A DNA stretch of 64,000 nt, from positions 121,149-185,148 of the forward strand of contig CAZIAP010000001.1 in assembly GCA_964537315.1 (NCBI GenBank), in the 5' to 3' direction. Under the pieces are notes generated by a model. The model was not told where the DNA came from. It saw only the letters and a list, made by a program, of their open reading frames with translations, and made no database searches. The position numbers and the translations under genes are program-made. Position 1 is the stretch's first letter. Each line of letters begins with the position of its first letter. Source of the DNA: an uncultured Gammaproteobacteria bacterium. Lineage in GTDB: Bacteria; Patescibacteriota; Microgenomatia; Levybacterales; GWA1-39-11. Positions 48,623 through 57,600 of this stretch are shown here, piece by piece.

Positions 48623-49945
48623 TCAAGAAGCAGTTTGAATTGTCTCGTCAACCTCAATTGACTCGTCGGGAGCAAATCTATCCGGATCAATCATAAACCC
48701 CTTTAGGTCTTTTCTTCCTACGATAATAGGATATTTAAGATGTGATCTGTCAACTATAGATGCATCGCTAACAACTCTCTTACCTGCGATTTCCAGAGTA
48801 AGATTCACTAGAGGTCGGTATTTTTGACCACTGGCAGATCTAATAAACACTTTCCTGTCGTTTGAGATAGGTATATTTAGTTCTCGGGCAAGAGACTCAT
48901 CAATAGATGATCTGTATGCGCCGGTATCTAGTTTTGCATCGACTACTTTTTCTTTTGATTCACCAATTACTTTAACTGACTCTACAACTCCCAGAACTTT
49001 CTTTTCAAAGTGCACTTTTGCTGCAAATGGAGCCGCAAAAAGTGATTTTGCGACCTCTACTCCTCTCTCAGGTGTAGGGATATCCATATTCTCTACTCGC
49101 TCAAGCCTGGTACGAAGTGAGGTGAGATTAGCTATCTGAATTGATAGCCCTGGTCTTGCGTTTAGCTCAAGTACCAATGGACCCTTTTTTCCGTCGAGTA
49201 CAAGATCTACTCCAACGTATCCAAGCCCTGACACCATCTGTGTTTTTGAAGCCATTAATAATAAAGAATCCCATTCGGGTATCTTGATGCCTTGTACTTT
49301 AATCTTAGTCTCAGGAATATACTGAATAACTTTATCATGCCACACACCAGAGGTAGATATCCCCGTTTTGATATCAATTCCCAAAGCAATTGCGCCCTGG
49401 TGTAGATTGGCTTTACCGCCTGACTCTTTCGTGGGAAGCCTGATCATCGCCATTACAGGTACTCCATTTAGTACTATAATTCGTATATCAGGAATTCCTA
49501 TAGCTTTAATTTTTTTAAAAAATGGATTTTCGGTTAATCTCTCTTCTATGAACGCTCTATCAGGCAAATACTGTAAAGAATATGCACCTTCTAATATATC
49601 TAAGATATGATTTTCCAAACCATCAACATCAAACTCTTGCCCGCCGACTGTTTTACCGTAATTTCCATCCCAGTTTTTAATTGGAAGAATACCTCCTCCT
49701 CCCCAGCCTCTTGCGGGTTTTACTGCAAATCCTTGTGAAGGTAAACTTGTCCAGTCAAACGCTTTTATCTCTTCTCTAGAAGAAAACTCAGCAAAAAGCT
49801 CAGCTGTCGGTATACCATGTGCTAAAAGAAGCTTTTTTGCCTCGAGTTTATCATCAGCTACATACCGAGCTGAGGGTGGATTATAACGTCTGATGTAAAG
49901 ATAGTTCCGGGCGTTCATACCCAGAATTTTGTTGCTAACTGCCAT
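48623..49945 (-). CDS. RimK-like ATP-grasp (alpha-L-glutamate ligase-like) fused to a C-terminal retropepsin-like 'putative ATP-dependent Zn protease' domain
   Basis: ATP-grasp segments (GFAVKPARGWGGGGI ... LELNARPG) and a C-terminal LDTGAYRSSI...YPIIVGRKDLKGFMIDP (DTGA aspartyl-protease-like, DUF785-type). Start moved to MAVSNK, giving an 11-nt overlap with the upstream gene. Confidence 0.65.
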   Translation of the reverse strand: MAVSNKILGMNARNYLYIRRYNPPSARYVADDKLEAKKLLLAHGIPTAELFAEFSSREEIKAFDWTSLPSQGFAVKPARGWGGGGILPIKNWDGNYGKTVGGQEFDVDGLENHILDILEGAYSLQYLPDRAFIEERLTENPFFKKIKAIGIPDIRIIVLNGVPVMAMIRLPTKESGGKANLHQGAIALGIDIKTGISTSGVWHDKVIQYIPETKIKVQGIKIPEWDSLLLMASKTQMVSGLGYVGVDLVLDGKKGPLVLELNARPGLSIQIANLTSLRTRLERVENMDIPTPERGVEVAKSLFAAPFAAKVHFEKKVLGVVESVKVIGESKEKVVDAKLDTGAYRSSIDESLARELNIPISNDRKVFIRSASGQKYRPLVNLTLEIAGKRVVSDASIVDRSHLKYPIIVGRKDLKGFMIDPDRFAPDESIEVDETIQTAS

Positions 49946-50855
49946 GTTGTGTGATTGGAGAAAATCTAAAGTACTCGGTAAACCGCAATCCGAAGTACCT
50001 ACCAATTAAGATATTAAGCGGAATGACAATTAACATTGATTCTGGATATAAGATTACAAAGTTTCTAATTGGTTCATAAGATAGTAAAAAGTATCCTAAT
50101 ACTCCAAGTGAGACGGTAATAGCTGAGATCATTACCATGTCAGGGAATGTACGATCAATCTGAAGTTCAACTATGTTTTGGCTAAGCAAAATTAGAAGTA
50201 GTACAGGAAAAATAGATATTTGAGTAACTGCAAGTATTCCAATTTGTGCACTAATTGTAAGAGTTGCTAGAATTCCGACTGAAACAATAAAGATTGTAAG
50301 AGCCATTTTTGCAAACTGCATAATTCGAAACCTTCTGAGAATTAGTCGTGCAAGTGTCGAAGTTAGAATGATTGTCGTAAGCAATATAAGTCCTGCAGCT
50401 ATACCAGTAGCTACAAGTGTAATTGAAAGCGCGACCGGTAGTAACATAGCAAGGGATGGAACGCCTACAACATGTCTGAAAAACACTACAAAAGTAGCTA
50501 AGAGCGGGAGAAGTAAAATAAGTATAACTGTATTCGATGGCACTCCTGCTCTAACTGAGTGTTGTATGGCAAAAGCGATAAAATTGGTTACAGTAGGTTT
50601 TTCCACCGATCTTCTTTCAAAAAGCTCCTGAATTCGTTGTGCACGTTCTTCGTTGTCTTCAACTCGGGTAACGTCATCTTGACGCAAACGTTCAAGTTGG
50701 GCAATAGCTTCTGCAGAAGGTGAGGCTTCTGCCTCTTCTGTTGCTTCTTCTGTCTCCACTAATGGAGAAGTAGGTATTGTTTTTTGTGCTCTAATAGGAG
50801 CAGCAACAAAGAATAGAAACATTAAAAAAGTCGCCAAAATATATATTTTTTTCAT
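49935..50855 (-). CDS. 7TM domain protein of the 'inactive transglutaminase-fused 7TM' family
   Basis: Signal peptide (MKKIYILATFLMFLFFVAAPIRA), acidic linker, then 7 hydrophobic helices. It is the conserved upstream partner of RimK-like ATP-grasp genes. The family assignment comes from the architecture and operon context. Confidence 0.55.
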   Translation of the reverse strand: MKKIYILATFLMFLFFVAAPIRAQKTIPTSPLVETEEATEEAEASPSAEAIAQLERLRQDDVTRVEDNEERAQRIQELFERRSVEKPTVTNFIAFAIQHSVRAGVPSNTVILILLLPLLATFVVFFRHVVGVPSLAMLLPVALSITLVATGIAAGLILLTTIILTSTLARLILRRFRIMQFAKMALTIFIVSVGILATLTISAQIGILAVTQISIFPVLLLILLSQNIVELQIDRTFPDMVMISAITVSLGVLGYFLLSYEPIRNFVILYPESMLIVIPLNILIGRYFGLRFTEYFRFSPITQHGS

Positions 50856-51253
50856 GATGTGTATATTGTACTGTATGTATGCAAAAGGAATCAAGAAAGA
50901 TTAATTATTATGATATGATAAATGCGTCAAGAGAATTAATGAGATATACCTTAAAAATTATTCGACTAAGTTTAATAATCATCCTCTTTATTGTCGTAGT
51001 GTGGATGAATGCGACTCCAGGACACTTCAATACTGGAAATTGTGGATGTGAGTTGAACTATTCTCAAAAAGATTACTCTGAAATTATGATTTGTCCTCAG
51101 GTAGAATGCGAAGATTATCCAGTTATGATAGGTTCGCTGTTTCTAGTTCCGCTTTCATTTATAGACATCAATAGATGACATTGTCAGGATAAACTTCTCG
51201 TCCCGTTTGTTCTTCAAAAATATGGTGCTGCTTGTCCTGAGCATGCCGAAGTG

Positions 51254-51326
51254 TGAGCGACCAGGGACTCGAACCCTGAACCGATTCCTTAAGAGGGAAT
51301 TGCTCTACCGATTGAGCTAGTCGCCC
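51254..51326 (-). tRNA. tRNA-Lys (anticodon CTT); no encoded CCA
   Basis: Reverse complement: gggcgac-ta-gctc-aatcggta-gagc-a-attcc-ctCTTaa-ggaat-cggtt-caggg-ttcgagt-ccctg-gtcgctc-a. Confidence 0.8.
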
Positions 51327-51384
51327 TGCATGTGGAAAGACAACTAACGTTTTCTTTCCATCTTTCTTTCCTTTATTGTATCGC
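51327..51384 (-). promoter_or_regulatory. Conserved tRNA promoter/leader module preceding tRNA-Lys
   Basis: Minus strand: gcgatacaataaaggaaagaaagatGGAAAGaaaacgttagttgTCTTTCCacatgcag, then the tRNA. Same module as at tRNA-Gly and tRNA-Arg(TCT). Confidence 0.45.
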
Positions 51385-51419
51385 TTTGTAGCACATTTTC
51401 GTACCTATTTAATACTTTG

Positions 51420-51492
51420 CGCGCCCAGCAAGAGTCGAACTTGCAACCGTTGGTTCCGAAGACCAATGCTCTATCCATTAAGCTATGGGCGC
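51420..51492 (-). tRNA. tRNA-Arg (anticodon TCG); no encoded CCA
   Basis: Reverse complement: gcgccca-ta-gctt-aatggata-gagc-a-ttggt-ctTCGga-accaa-cggtt-gcaag-ttcgact-cttgc-tgggcgc-g. Confidence 0.8.
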
Positions 51493-51533
51493 AACTATAT
51501 ATTTCAAACGTCCAATCCGTCAACTGACGGATT

Positions 51534-51604
51534 CCGAAGACTAGTGCTCTATCCATTAACCCGCCTGCAGTGCAAGCTAGCTTTGCGGGCAGGGCTATGG
51601 GCGC
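51534..51604 (-). pseudogene. Truncated tRNA-Arg 5'-half paralog carrying a 35-nt palindromic insertion in the D-stem. It lies at the predicted transcription start, upstream of the intact tRNA-Arg(TCG).
   Basis: Reverse complement: gcgcccatag[ccctgcccgcaaagctagcttgcactgcaggcggg]ttaatggatagagcactagtcttcgga..., which is the acceptor, D-arm and anticodon-loop bases of tRNA-Arg. There is no pairing anticodon stem and no T-arm. A TTGATT-N17-TGgTAAAAT promoter lies just upstream on the minus strand. Confidence 0.5.
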
Positions 51605-51775
51605 AGAGTCATCAAATTTTACCAAAATTAGTACTCAGACACAATCAATGCAGATATAATACGAACTTATAGTATATTGATATGTGTGCTATAATACAGT
51701 GGAGACTTATTCGTACATTAACAGCTGCTCTACTATTGTCCTATATGCATTCATTTAGCGAAAGGTCGCATACCG

Positions 51776-52039
51776 GTGAGTAATATTGTTGTTCTGGATG
51801 TTCCGGATGAAATAAGAGAATATGTTTATGACCTTACACAGGCTCGGTCTGTCTCAAACGATGTACAATTATTTGTTAACATATCGAGCGATATTCCAAA
51901 TGAGGACATGACCGTCGAACTTTCTATTCCAAATAACGACTGTTCATTTGTCTCTATTTTTGACTGGAAAATCGTGTACGACCAAGAGATAGCTTTAGCA
52001 AGCAAGTCTGACGATGTTATGTACTACTTGAACATTTAG
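51776..52039 (+). CDS. Hypothetical protein (GTG start). There may be a frame shift into a downstream frame ending at 52146.
   Basis: 87-aa ORF. A protein-like -1 frame continues to a TAA at 52144-52146, immediately before the terminator. Confidence 0.3.
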   Translation: MSNIVVLDVPDEIREYVYDLTQARSVSNDVQLFVNISSDIPNEDMTVELSIPNNDCSFVSIFDWKIVYDQEIALASKSDDVMYYLNI

Positions 52040-52158
52040 ACAGTGGAAGAAGTCCGGAATTGGGCGATCTATCACCAGCAGAGGCTATCAGAGAAGAAAA
52101 TTTCGATAGCACATGGGCAGCTGCAAAAAACTTTGCAATAAACGGATAAGACTTTATG

Positions 52159-52190
52159 AAAGGGGAGGCTTTACACCTCCCCTCTTTTTG
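52159..52190 (+). terminator. Rho-independent terminator
   Basis: aaAGGGGAGGctttacacCTCCCCTctttttg. Confidence 0.75.
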
Positions 52191-52234
52191 TTAGTAACTA
52201 TCATCAATTTACTAACTTTTGGTATACTACAACC

Positions 52235-53173
52235 ATGCAAGCATATTTATCTATTGTTATTCCTATATATAACGAAGAAGAAAGTATAGAAGAGCTGGTT
52301 GACCAGATAGAATCAGCCGTCAAAAAGATGGAAAAGCCGTACGAGGTTATATTTGTAGATGATGGATCAACAGATAAAACGTTACCGATATTAAAGCGCC
52401 TTGAAAAAGATAAAACTTATATCAAAATCCTCTCTCACAGACGAAACTTAGGTAAGTCACATGCATTGATGCACGGATTTCACAAAGCCAAAGGTGAGTT
52501 TATTGCCACACTTGATGCAGATTTACAGGACGATCCTGAAGAAATTAACATATTACTCAATCACTTGATAGATAAAGACTTAGATATGGTCACCGGATGG
52601 CGTAGAAATAGGCAAGATACTAATGCAATAAAATCGGTTTCCAGAATCGCTAATCAGTTTGTGTTGCGATTATTTAAGCTCAATATTCACGATCTTAATG
52701 CCGGAATAAAAGTTTACCGATCAGATGCTGCAAAAGAACTAAATCTATACGGAGGACTACATAGATTTATCCCAATTATGCTTTCAGAATTAGGTTATAG
52801 GGTTGACGAGCACGAAGTACATAATCGGTCAAGGAAATTTGGGTACTCAAAGTATCGTGCATCTAAGGTACTCACGGACTTACCGGATCTTGCGACAATT
52901 TATTTCCTAACTAAGTTTACGCACAAGCCATTGCATTTCTTTGGGAGAATCGGGATGATCCCATTTTTAACTGGTACAGCGATTCTTGCATATCTATCAT
53001 TTTTAAGAATATTTTTAGATCAAGCGATTGGTACTCGTCCGCTACTTACATTTGGAGTCCTTATGGTTATTTTCGGTGCACAGTTAATATTAACTGGGTT
53101 ATTAGGTGACTTGATTGTTAACCTTCATTTTAAAGAAAAATCAAAACTCCCAATCAAGTATGAGTCGAAATAA
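52235..53173 (+). CDS. Family-2 glycosyltransferase, polyprenol-phosphate sugar synthase type (DPM1/GtrB/ArnC-like) with C-terminal TM helices
   Basis: LSIVIPIYNEEESI...VIFVDDGSTDKT...LDADLQDDPEE motifs, then two C-terminal TM segments. Confidence 0.8.
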   Translation: MQAYLSIVIPIYNEEESIEELVDQIESAVKKMEKPYEVIFVDDGSTDKTLPILKRLEKDKTYIKILSHRRNLGKSHALMHGFHKAKGEFIATLDADLQDDPEEINILLNHLIDKDLDMVTGWRRNRQDTNAIKSVSRIANQFVLRLFKLNIHDLNAGIKVYRSDAAKELNLYGGLHRFIPIMLSELGYRVDEHEVHNRSRKFGYSKYRASKVLTDLPDLATIYFLTKFTHKPLHFFGRIGMIPFLTGTAILAYLSFLRIFLDQAIGTRPLLTFGVLMVIFGAQLILTGLLGDLIVNLHFKEKSKLPIKYESK

Positions 53174-55517
53174 CCTTGTCTCTTCTGTTAAAAAAATTGT
53201 TCGTTTTTTACTAGGCGTACCTATTACAATCGCTGCATTTTATTTTATAGGAATGTTCCTCTGGAACGCCAGAGATGAAATTGAGTACTCACTAGCAAAT
53301 GCAAATTACACTTTGCTTTTAGTCGGAATATTGTTTTTTATACTCTTCTTCTTCCTAAAAAATATTATTTGGATTAGAATTCTCAAAAATCTAGGTGCAA
53401 AAGATATTGATACTACAAAGAGTTTTTTTCTGCTCTCCTTCTCAGAGACAAAAAGGTATATTCCCGGTAGTATATTTGCCTATGCTGCAAGAGTAAAGTC
53501 ATATAATGATGCTAATATTCCGTCTAAACTTCTAGTTAAATCGCTCATTATTGATTCCTTATTGCTTGTTATCCCTAGTCTAATTATTAGTATTCCGGGA
53601 ATATTGTTTATTTTTCCGCGCCTCCAACAGCAGTTCCCTGAATACTCTCAATATATTTTACCAGCAACTATTGGTATTTTTGCATTTTCAATGTTAGCGG
53701 TGGTTGCAGCAATTGTACTCGCAAAAAAGAAACTAGGAGTAAGGTCAATTAATATAAGAGATGTCGTAAATAAATATGGAGATCTTTTCTTTTTGTCGTG
53801 CTTATCATGGTTTTTCTTCGGACTTGCCAACTACTTAGTAGCAAGTTCTATTCATGTGCTTGATCCTAAATATATTCTGCAGTTTGCTTCATTTTTTGTC
53901 CTATCTTGGTTTATTGGATATATAAGTATTGTAACTCCGATGGGTCTTGGGGTACGTGAAGGTATAATGATTTTAGGACTTGCTCCCTTCGCTCCACTTT
54001 CAGTAACTTCACTAATTGCGCTTTTTTCAAGGATTAGTTTTATGGCAGGTGAGTTTTTATTTTTGCTGGTAAGTTTTATATTATTCAAAAGTAAGTATCT
54101 ACAAAAATGGTGGAAGTTTGCTGAAAAACATGCGCATGCTGTAATTTTATGGATAGGAATTGTTAGCTATATTATTTATTTTTCCTATGTATCAATTGTT
54201 AAGTATTTGAACTTTTTTATGGGAAAGTTTGATCTTGGCAACATGGATCAGACTGTCTGGAATACCCTCCATGGGCGGATTTTTATGTTTACCAATCCAG
54301 ACAGTACAGAAAATATCAGTAGACTTGCATTTCATGCTGATTTTATTTTGATACTACTGTCACCACTTTATCTAATATGGTCAGATCCAAGAATGCTCTT
54401 AATCCTGCAAACCGTTGTACTTGGGTTAGGTGCATATTTTGTATATAAAATAGGACAACACATACTGAAAGATAATACGATTTCACTAATATTCGCGTAT
54501 GCGTTTCTACTAAATCCACTTGTGCAAAAACAAAATTTGTATGATTTCCATGCGGTCGTATTGGCCACTACTTTTTTGCTTGCAGTATGGTATTTTTTCA
54601 TCAAAAAGAACTTGGTATGGATGACGGTATTTCTCATATTGGCGGTACTTACCAAGGAGAATATTTACTTAATTACTGCAATATTTGGTATATTTCTGAT
54701 AACTCGAAAACATTTTAAACTAGGAAGCATTATTACGATTGTATCTATCACTACTTTTATTTTGCTCATGAAGACTTTTATACCTGAAGCACGTGGTGGC
54801 GAACACTTTGCTGTATCCTTTTTATCAGAGTTTGGAGATAGCTTTGGTGCTGCTGCGATTACAATAATCACAAATCCCATTCAAACAATTCAGGTATTTT
54901 TCGAACATAATGGATTGAGATATCTTAACATGCTTCTGCTTCCATTAGGATATCTGCCTTTTGCTTCACCTTTGTATTTATTATTTGCTGCTCCTGATAT
55001 TGCAAAAAATACACTAGCAGATAACCCCAATTTCAGATCATCATTCTATCAGTATAACGCAGAGATTTTACCGTTTCTCTTTATTTCTTCAATATACGGT
55101 GTTTCATTGCTCATGAAATATTTCCCAAAAAAAATGTTAGTGTATTATATTTTAATTTTTTCTCTAATAGGCACTTGGCTCCACGGGGCTCTACCGTTTG
55201 GTAAATCTCCGTACGTTTCTATATATACTAACCCACGCAGTGATGCTGATCAGATACGAAAGTTTATAGCCGAGATAGATGAAGGAAAAAGTGTTGCTGC
55301 TACCAATAACCTAGGATCACATCTTTCGCGGCGAGAAAACATTTATGTACTTCCAAGAGGGATAAACGAGGCAGACATGATCTTGTTACTAACTGGAGAT
55401 TGGTATGAGTCCAGAGATAATCAGCTTAAACTTATTGAAGATTTACACGCTGATCCTAACTTCAAATTATACTATCAAACGGGTAATTTCTACGGATTTG
55501 AAAGAGTAAAAAAATAA
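53160..55517 (+). CDS. Large polytopic membrane protein: UPF0104 flippase-like (MprF-TM-like) domain fused to a DUF2079-like (GT-C-like) domain
   Basis: Start placed at MSRNNLV, a 14-nt overlap with the GT2 gene. The N-terminal region has the ...IVTPMGLGVREGIMILGL motif of the UPF0104/flippase-like family. The C-terminal ~450 aa are multi-TM with a DUF2079-like pattern. Confidence 0.55.
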   Translation: MSRNNLVSSVKKIVRFLLGVPITIAAFYFIGMFLWNARDEIEYSLANANYTLLLVGILFFILFFFLKNIIWIRILKNLGAKDIDTTKSFFLLSFSETKRYIPGSIFAYAARVKSYNDANIPSKLLVKSLIIDSLLLVIPSLIISIPGILFIFPRLQQQFPEYSQYILPATIGIFAFSMLAVVAAIVLAKKKLGVRSINIRDVVNKYGDLFFLSCLSWFFFGLANYLVASSIHVLDPKYILQFASFFVLSWFIGYISIVTPMGLGVREGIMILGLAPFAPLSVTSLIALFSRISFMAGEFLFLLVSFILFKSKYLQKWWKFAEKHAHAVILWIGIVSYIIYFSYVSIVKYLNFFMGKFDLGNMDQTVWNTLHGRIFMFTNPDSTENISRLAFHADFILILLSPLYLIWSDPRMLLILQTVVLGLGAYFVYKIGQHILKDNTISLIFAYAFLLNPLVQKQNLYDFHAVVLATTFLLAVWYFFIKKNLVWMTVFLILAVLTKENIYLITAIFGIFLITRKHFKLGSIITIVSITTFILLMKTFIPEARGGEHFAVSFLSEFGDSFGAAAITIITNPIQTIQVFFEHNGLRYLNMLLLPLGYLPFASPLYLLFAAPDIAKNTLADNPNFRSSFYQYNAEILPFLFISSIYGVSLLMKYFPKKMLVYYILIFSLIGTWLHGALPFGKSPYVSIYTNPRSDADQIRKFIAEIDEGKSVAATNNLGSHLSRRENIYVLPRGINEADMILLLTGDWYESRDNQLKLIEDLHADPNFKLYYQTGNFYGFERVKK

Positions 55518-55542
55518 TAGAGGCTCAGTTATAAACTATTTT

Positions 55543-56901
55543 CTACTTTCTAACTAATTTATAATCTTTGGGAAAGTACAGAAACGAAGCAGGAACATCA
55601 TCTAGTAGATACTTTTGAAACTCGCTATAAATATTGACTCTTTCCTGAGTATCAGTCTCAATTCTACCATCTTCAAGAAGTTTATCTATACGTAAATTTT
55701 TATACTTTCCAATATTATTAACTTGGTCTGAATGCCAAAACGTGTACTGGTCAGGGTCTTTTGGCAAACGGTATTTATACAGTAATACCTGAAAAGTAGG
55801 GGGAACATCTTCACGTACAACAATCTTTGTGTTTATTCCGATTTCTTTCCAGTTTGCTGCAATAACTTTTGCAGTACTCTCCAGTTCAGCAGGTGTGGTA
55901 ATCTCTAGCTCAATGTCTGAAGGTAAATCGCTGCTTACAAGTAACTCATTCGCAATCTCTTTATCAGTGATTTCGGCACTAGGATTACTTGCGAAATAAA
56001 TGCTGTTTGGAGGTATAGGTGAAAAAGCTCTTTCACCAAACTCAAACGATGGAGGAAGTGCGTAATTTAATGCTTGTCTGTACTTTTTATTTGAGAGGTT
56101 GCTATCTGTATTGTTATAAAAAAGTGTGACTAGCTCATTATAGTTTACTGTTTCTTCTATGCTTGTATTTGACCACTTCGCAAGATTCATTTGATCAATT
56201 TCAAGTGTATTCACTCCTGAAATAATATCGACCTCACCTAGCATATATGCTGTTTTTAAAGATGCCTGTGTTGGATAAAAATAAATTAGTTTTTTATGTA
56301 GCCTATCGTTTCTATCTTGTAAGACTAGTGATTTTACAAAACCCGCATTAAGCTCTACTTTACTTAATTTATATCTTCCAAGCCCTGAAAAGTCTTGAAG
56401 CAATATGGGCTTAGATACAACGCTTAAAAACGGCGTATAGGGTGCAGAAAGTGTAAATGAAACAGTATAAGGATCAATGATAGTTTTTTTTGCGTCTTTA
56501 AAATTTAAATTGAGCGATTGAGCATTAAATGTTTCACCATTATGAAACTTCAACCCCTTTTTGAGATAAAAGACGTATTCCTTACCATCTTGTTTTACTT
56601 CCCATCTTTCGACTGCAGCGGGTGTTATTTCTCCTCTTTCAGACACATTGGTAAGCCCGTAACTAACATCGGATATTATTGAGTTTGGCAGACCGTCAGG
56701 ATCATAAACTCCTAGGACTCCTACACGCTGTATTTTGTTGTCTACTGATGGTCGTATATAAAAGTTAAGAAAAGCAATACCTGCGACACTAATTATTATG
56801 CCTATGATAATTGAAGTGAAAATTGTACGCTTCCAGCGTTTGAAGTATGCTTTAAAAAGCCAAAAATAGTATCTTTTTCGAAGTTGTGCCATAGTGGACA
56901 A
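55543..56901 (-). CDS. Membrane-anchored solute-binding protein family 5 (peptide/nickel-binding)-like protein
   Basis: N-terminal TM anchor, then GLKFHNGETFNAQSL and DPYTVSFTL segments typical of SBP_bac_5. No adjacent permease genes. Confidence 0.5.
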   Translation of the reverse strand: MSTMAQLRKRYYFWLFKAYFKRWKRTIFTSIIIGIIISVAGIAFLNFYIRPSVDNKIQRVGVLGVYDPDGLPNSIISDVSYGLTNVSERGEITPAAVERWEVKQDGKEYVFYLKKGLKFHNGETFNAQSLNLNFKDAKKTIIDPYTVSFTLSAPYTPFLSVVSKPILLQDFSGLGRYKLSKVELNAGFVKSLVLQDRNDRLHKKLIYFYPTQASLKTAYMLGEVDIISGVNTLEIDQMNLAKWSNTSIEETVNYNELVTLFYNNTDSNLSNKKYRQALNYALPPSFEFGERAFSPIPPNSIYFASNPSAEITDKEIANELLVSSDLPSDIELEITTPAELESTAKVIAANWKEIGINTKIVVREDVPPTFQVLLYKYRLPKDPDQYTFWHSDQVNNIGKYKNLRIDKLLEDGRIETDTQERVNIYSEFQKYLLDDVPASFLYFPKDYKLVRK

Positions 56902-56908
56902 TTACACG

Positions 56909-57124
56909 CTACGCAAGTATGAGACGTAAAATTGAGAGGGCTGCAAATAGTGCTGCAAGTATAATTGTTGCATAAAACAAGAATTTTTCAACCCCTTTTT
57001 TGCTGCGGTAAGTTTCTGCACCTCCACCGAAAGCTATTCCTACGCTTGTTCCTCGTGTCTGCATTAAGACAGATACCATGAGCAGGATACAAACAATGAT
57101 ATGCGCTATTGTAATTACTGTCAT
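56909..57124 (-). CDS. secG: Preprotein translocase subunit SecG
   Basis: 71 aa: TM helix, LMQTRGTSVGIAFGGGAE glycine-rich loop, then a second TM helix. Confidence 0.7.
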   Translation of the reverse strand: MTVITIAHIIVCILLMVSVLMQTRGTSVGIAFGGGAETYRSKKGVEKFLFYATIILAALFAALSILRLILA

Positions 57125-57132
57125 AAAAACCT

Positions 57133-57531
57133 CTAAATCAGATCAAATACCCATTCAAGAACCTTTACAATCAAGGCTATTATAACAGATATTACTATGT
57201 ATGACAAAAGGTTTCCTACATGAATATTTTGACCTATGAGATGCTGAGTTTCAAAAACAAATGAAGATATTCTAACGAATCCAAACAGCACTGCAACTAC
57301 ATATAAACCAATGATATTAGATAAGATTATTACTATGATTCCACTCAAAAATGCAAAAGGAAAAACAAAAATACTAAGTAATGGACGCAGTATTGCGGTA
57401 GATATTACGAAAGTCACTGCTGCGAAAATATAGTTTAAGTAATTACCGGAAACAGTGAGGCCAGGAGCAATGAGAACTGTGGCATAAAATGCAATCGCTG
57501 TAATCAATATAGATCTAAAGAATGATTTCAT
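57133..57531 (-). CDS. Phage holin family IV (DUF360/YvlD-like) membrane protein
   Basis: ...APGLTVSGNYLNYIFAAVTFVISTAILRPLLSIFVFPFAFLSGIIVIIL matches the PF04020 pattern. 4 TM helices. Confidence 0.6.
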   Translation of the reverse strand: MKSFFRSILITAIAFYATVLIAPGLTVSGNYLNYIFAAVTFVISTAILRPLLSIFVFPFAFLSGIIVIILSNIIGLYVVAVLFGFVRISSFVFETQHLIGQNIHVGNLLSYIVISVIIALIVKVLEWVFDLI

Positions 57532-57600
57532 AGTTAGTAGTTTAATTATAGAATGAAAAAGGTTAATCAGGCAAATGCTGAATAATTGAGGAAAATGTTA

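Noticed and set aside
50879-51178. 99-aa plus-strand ORF with one TM helix and a Cys-rich tail, divergent from the 7TM gene
   Set aside because: It is not listed as a feature. It would leave almost no room for divergent promoters if the 7TM gene starts at 50855, and it has no RBS. It is mentioned in the relevant finding only as a possibility.
51344-51672. ORFs 51344..51625 (-) and 51376..51672 (+)
   Set aside because: They run straight through two tRNA genes and the tRNA-like fragment. The region is RNA-coding.
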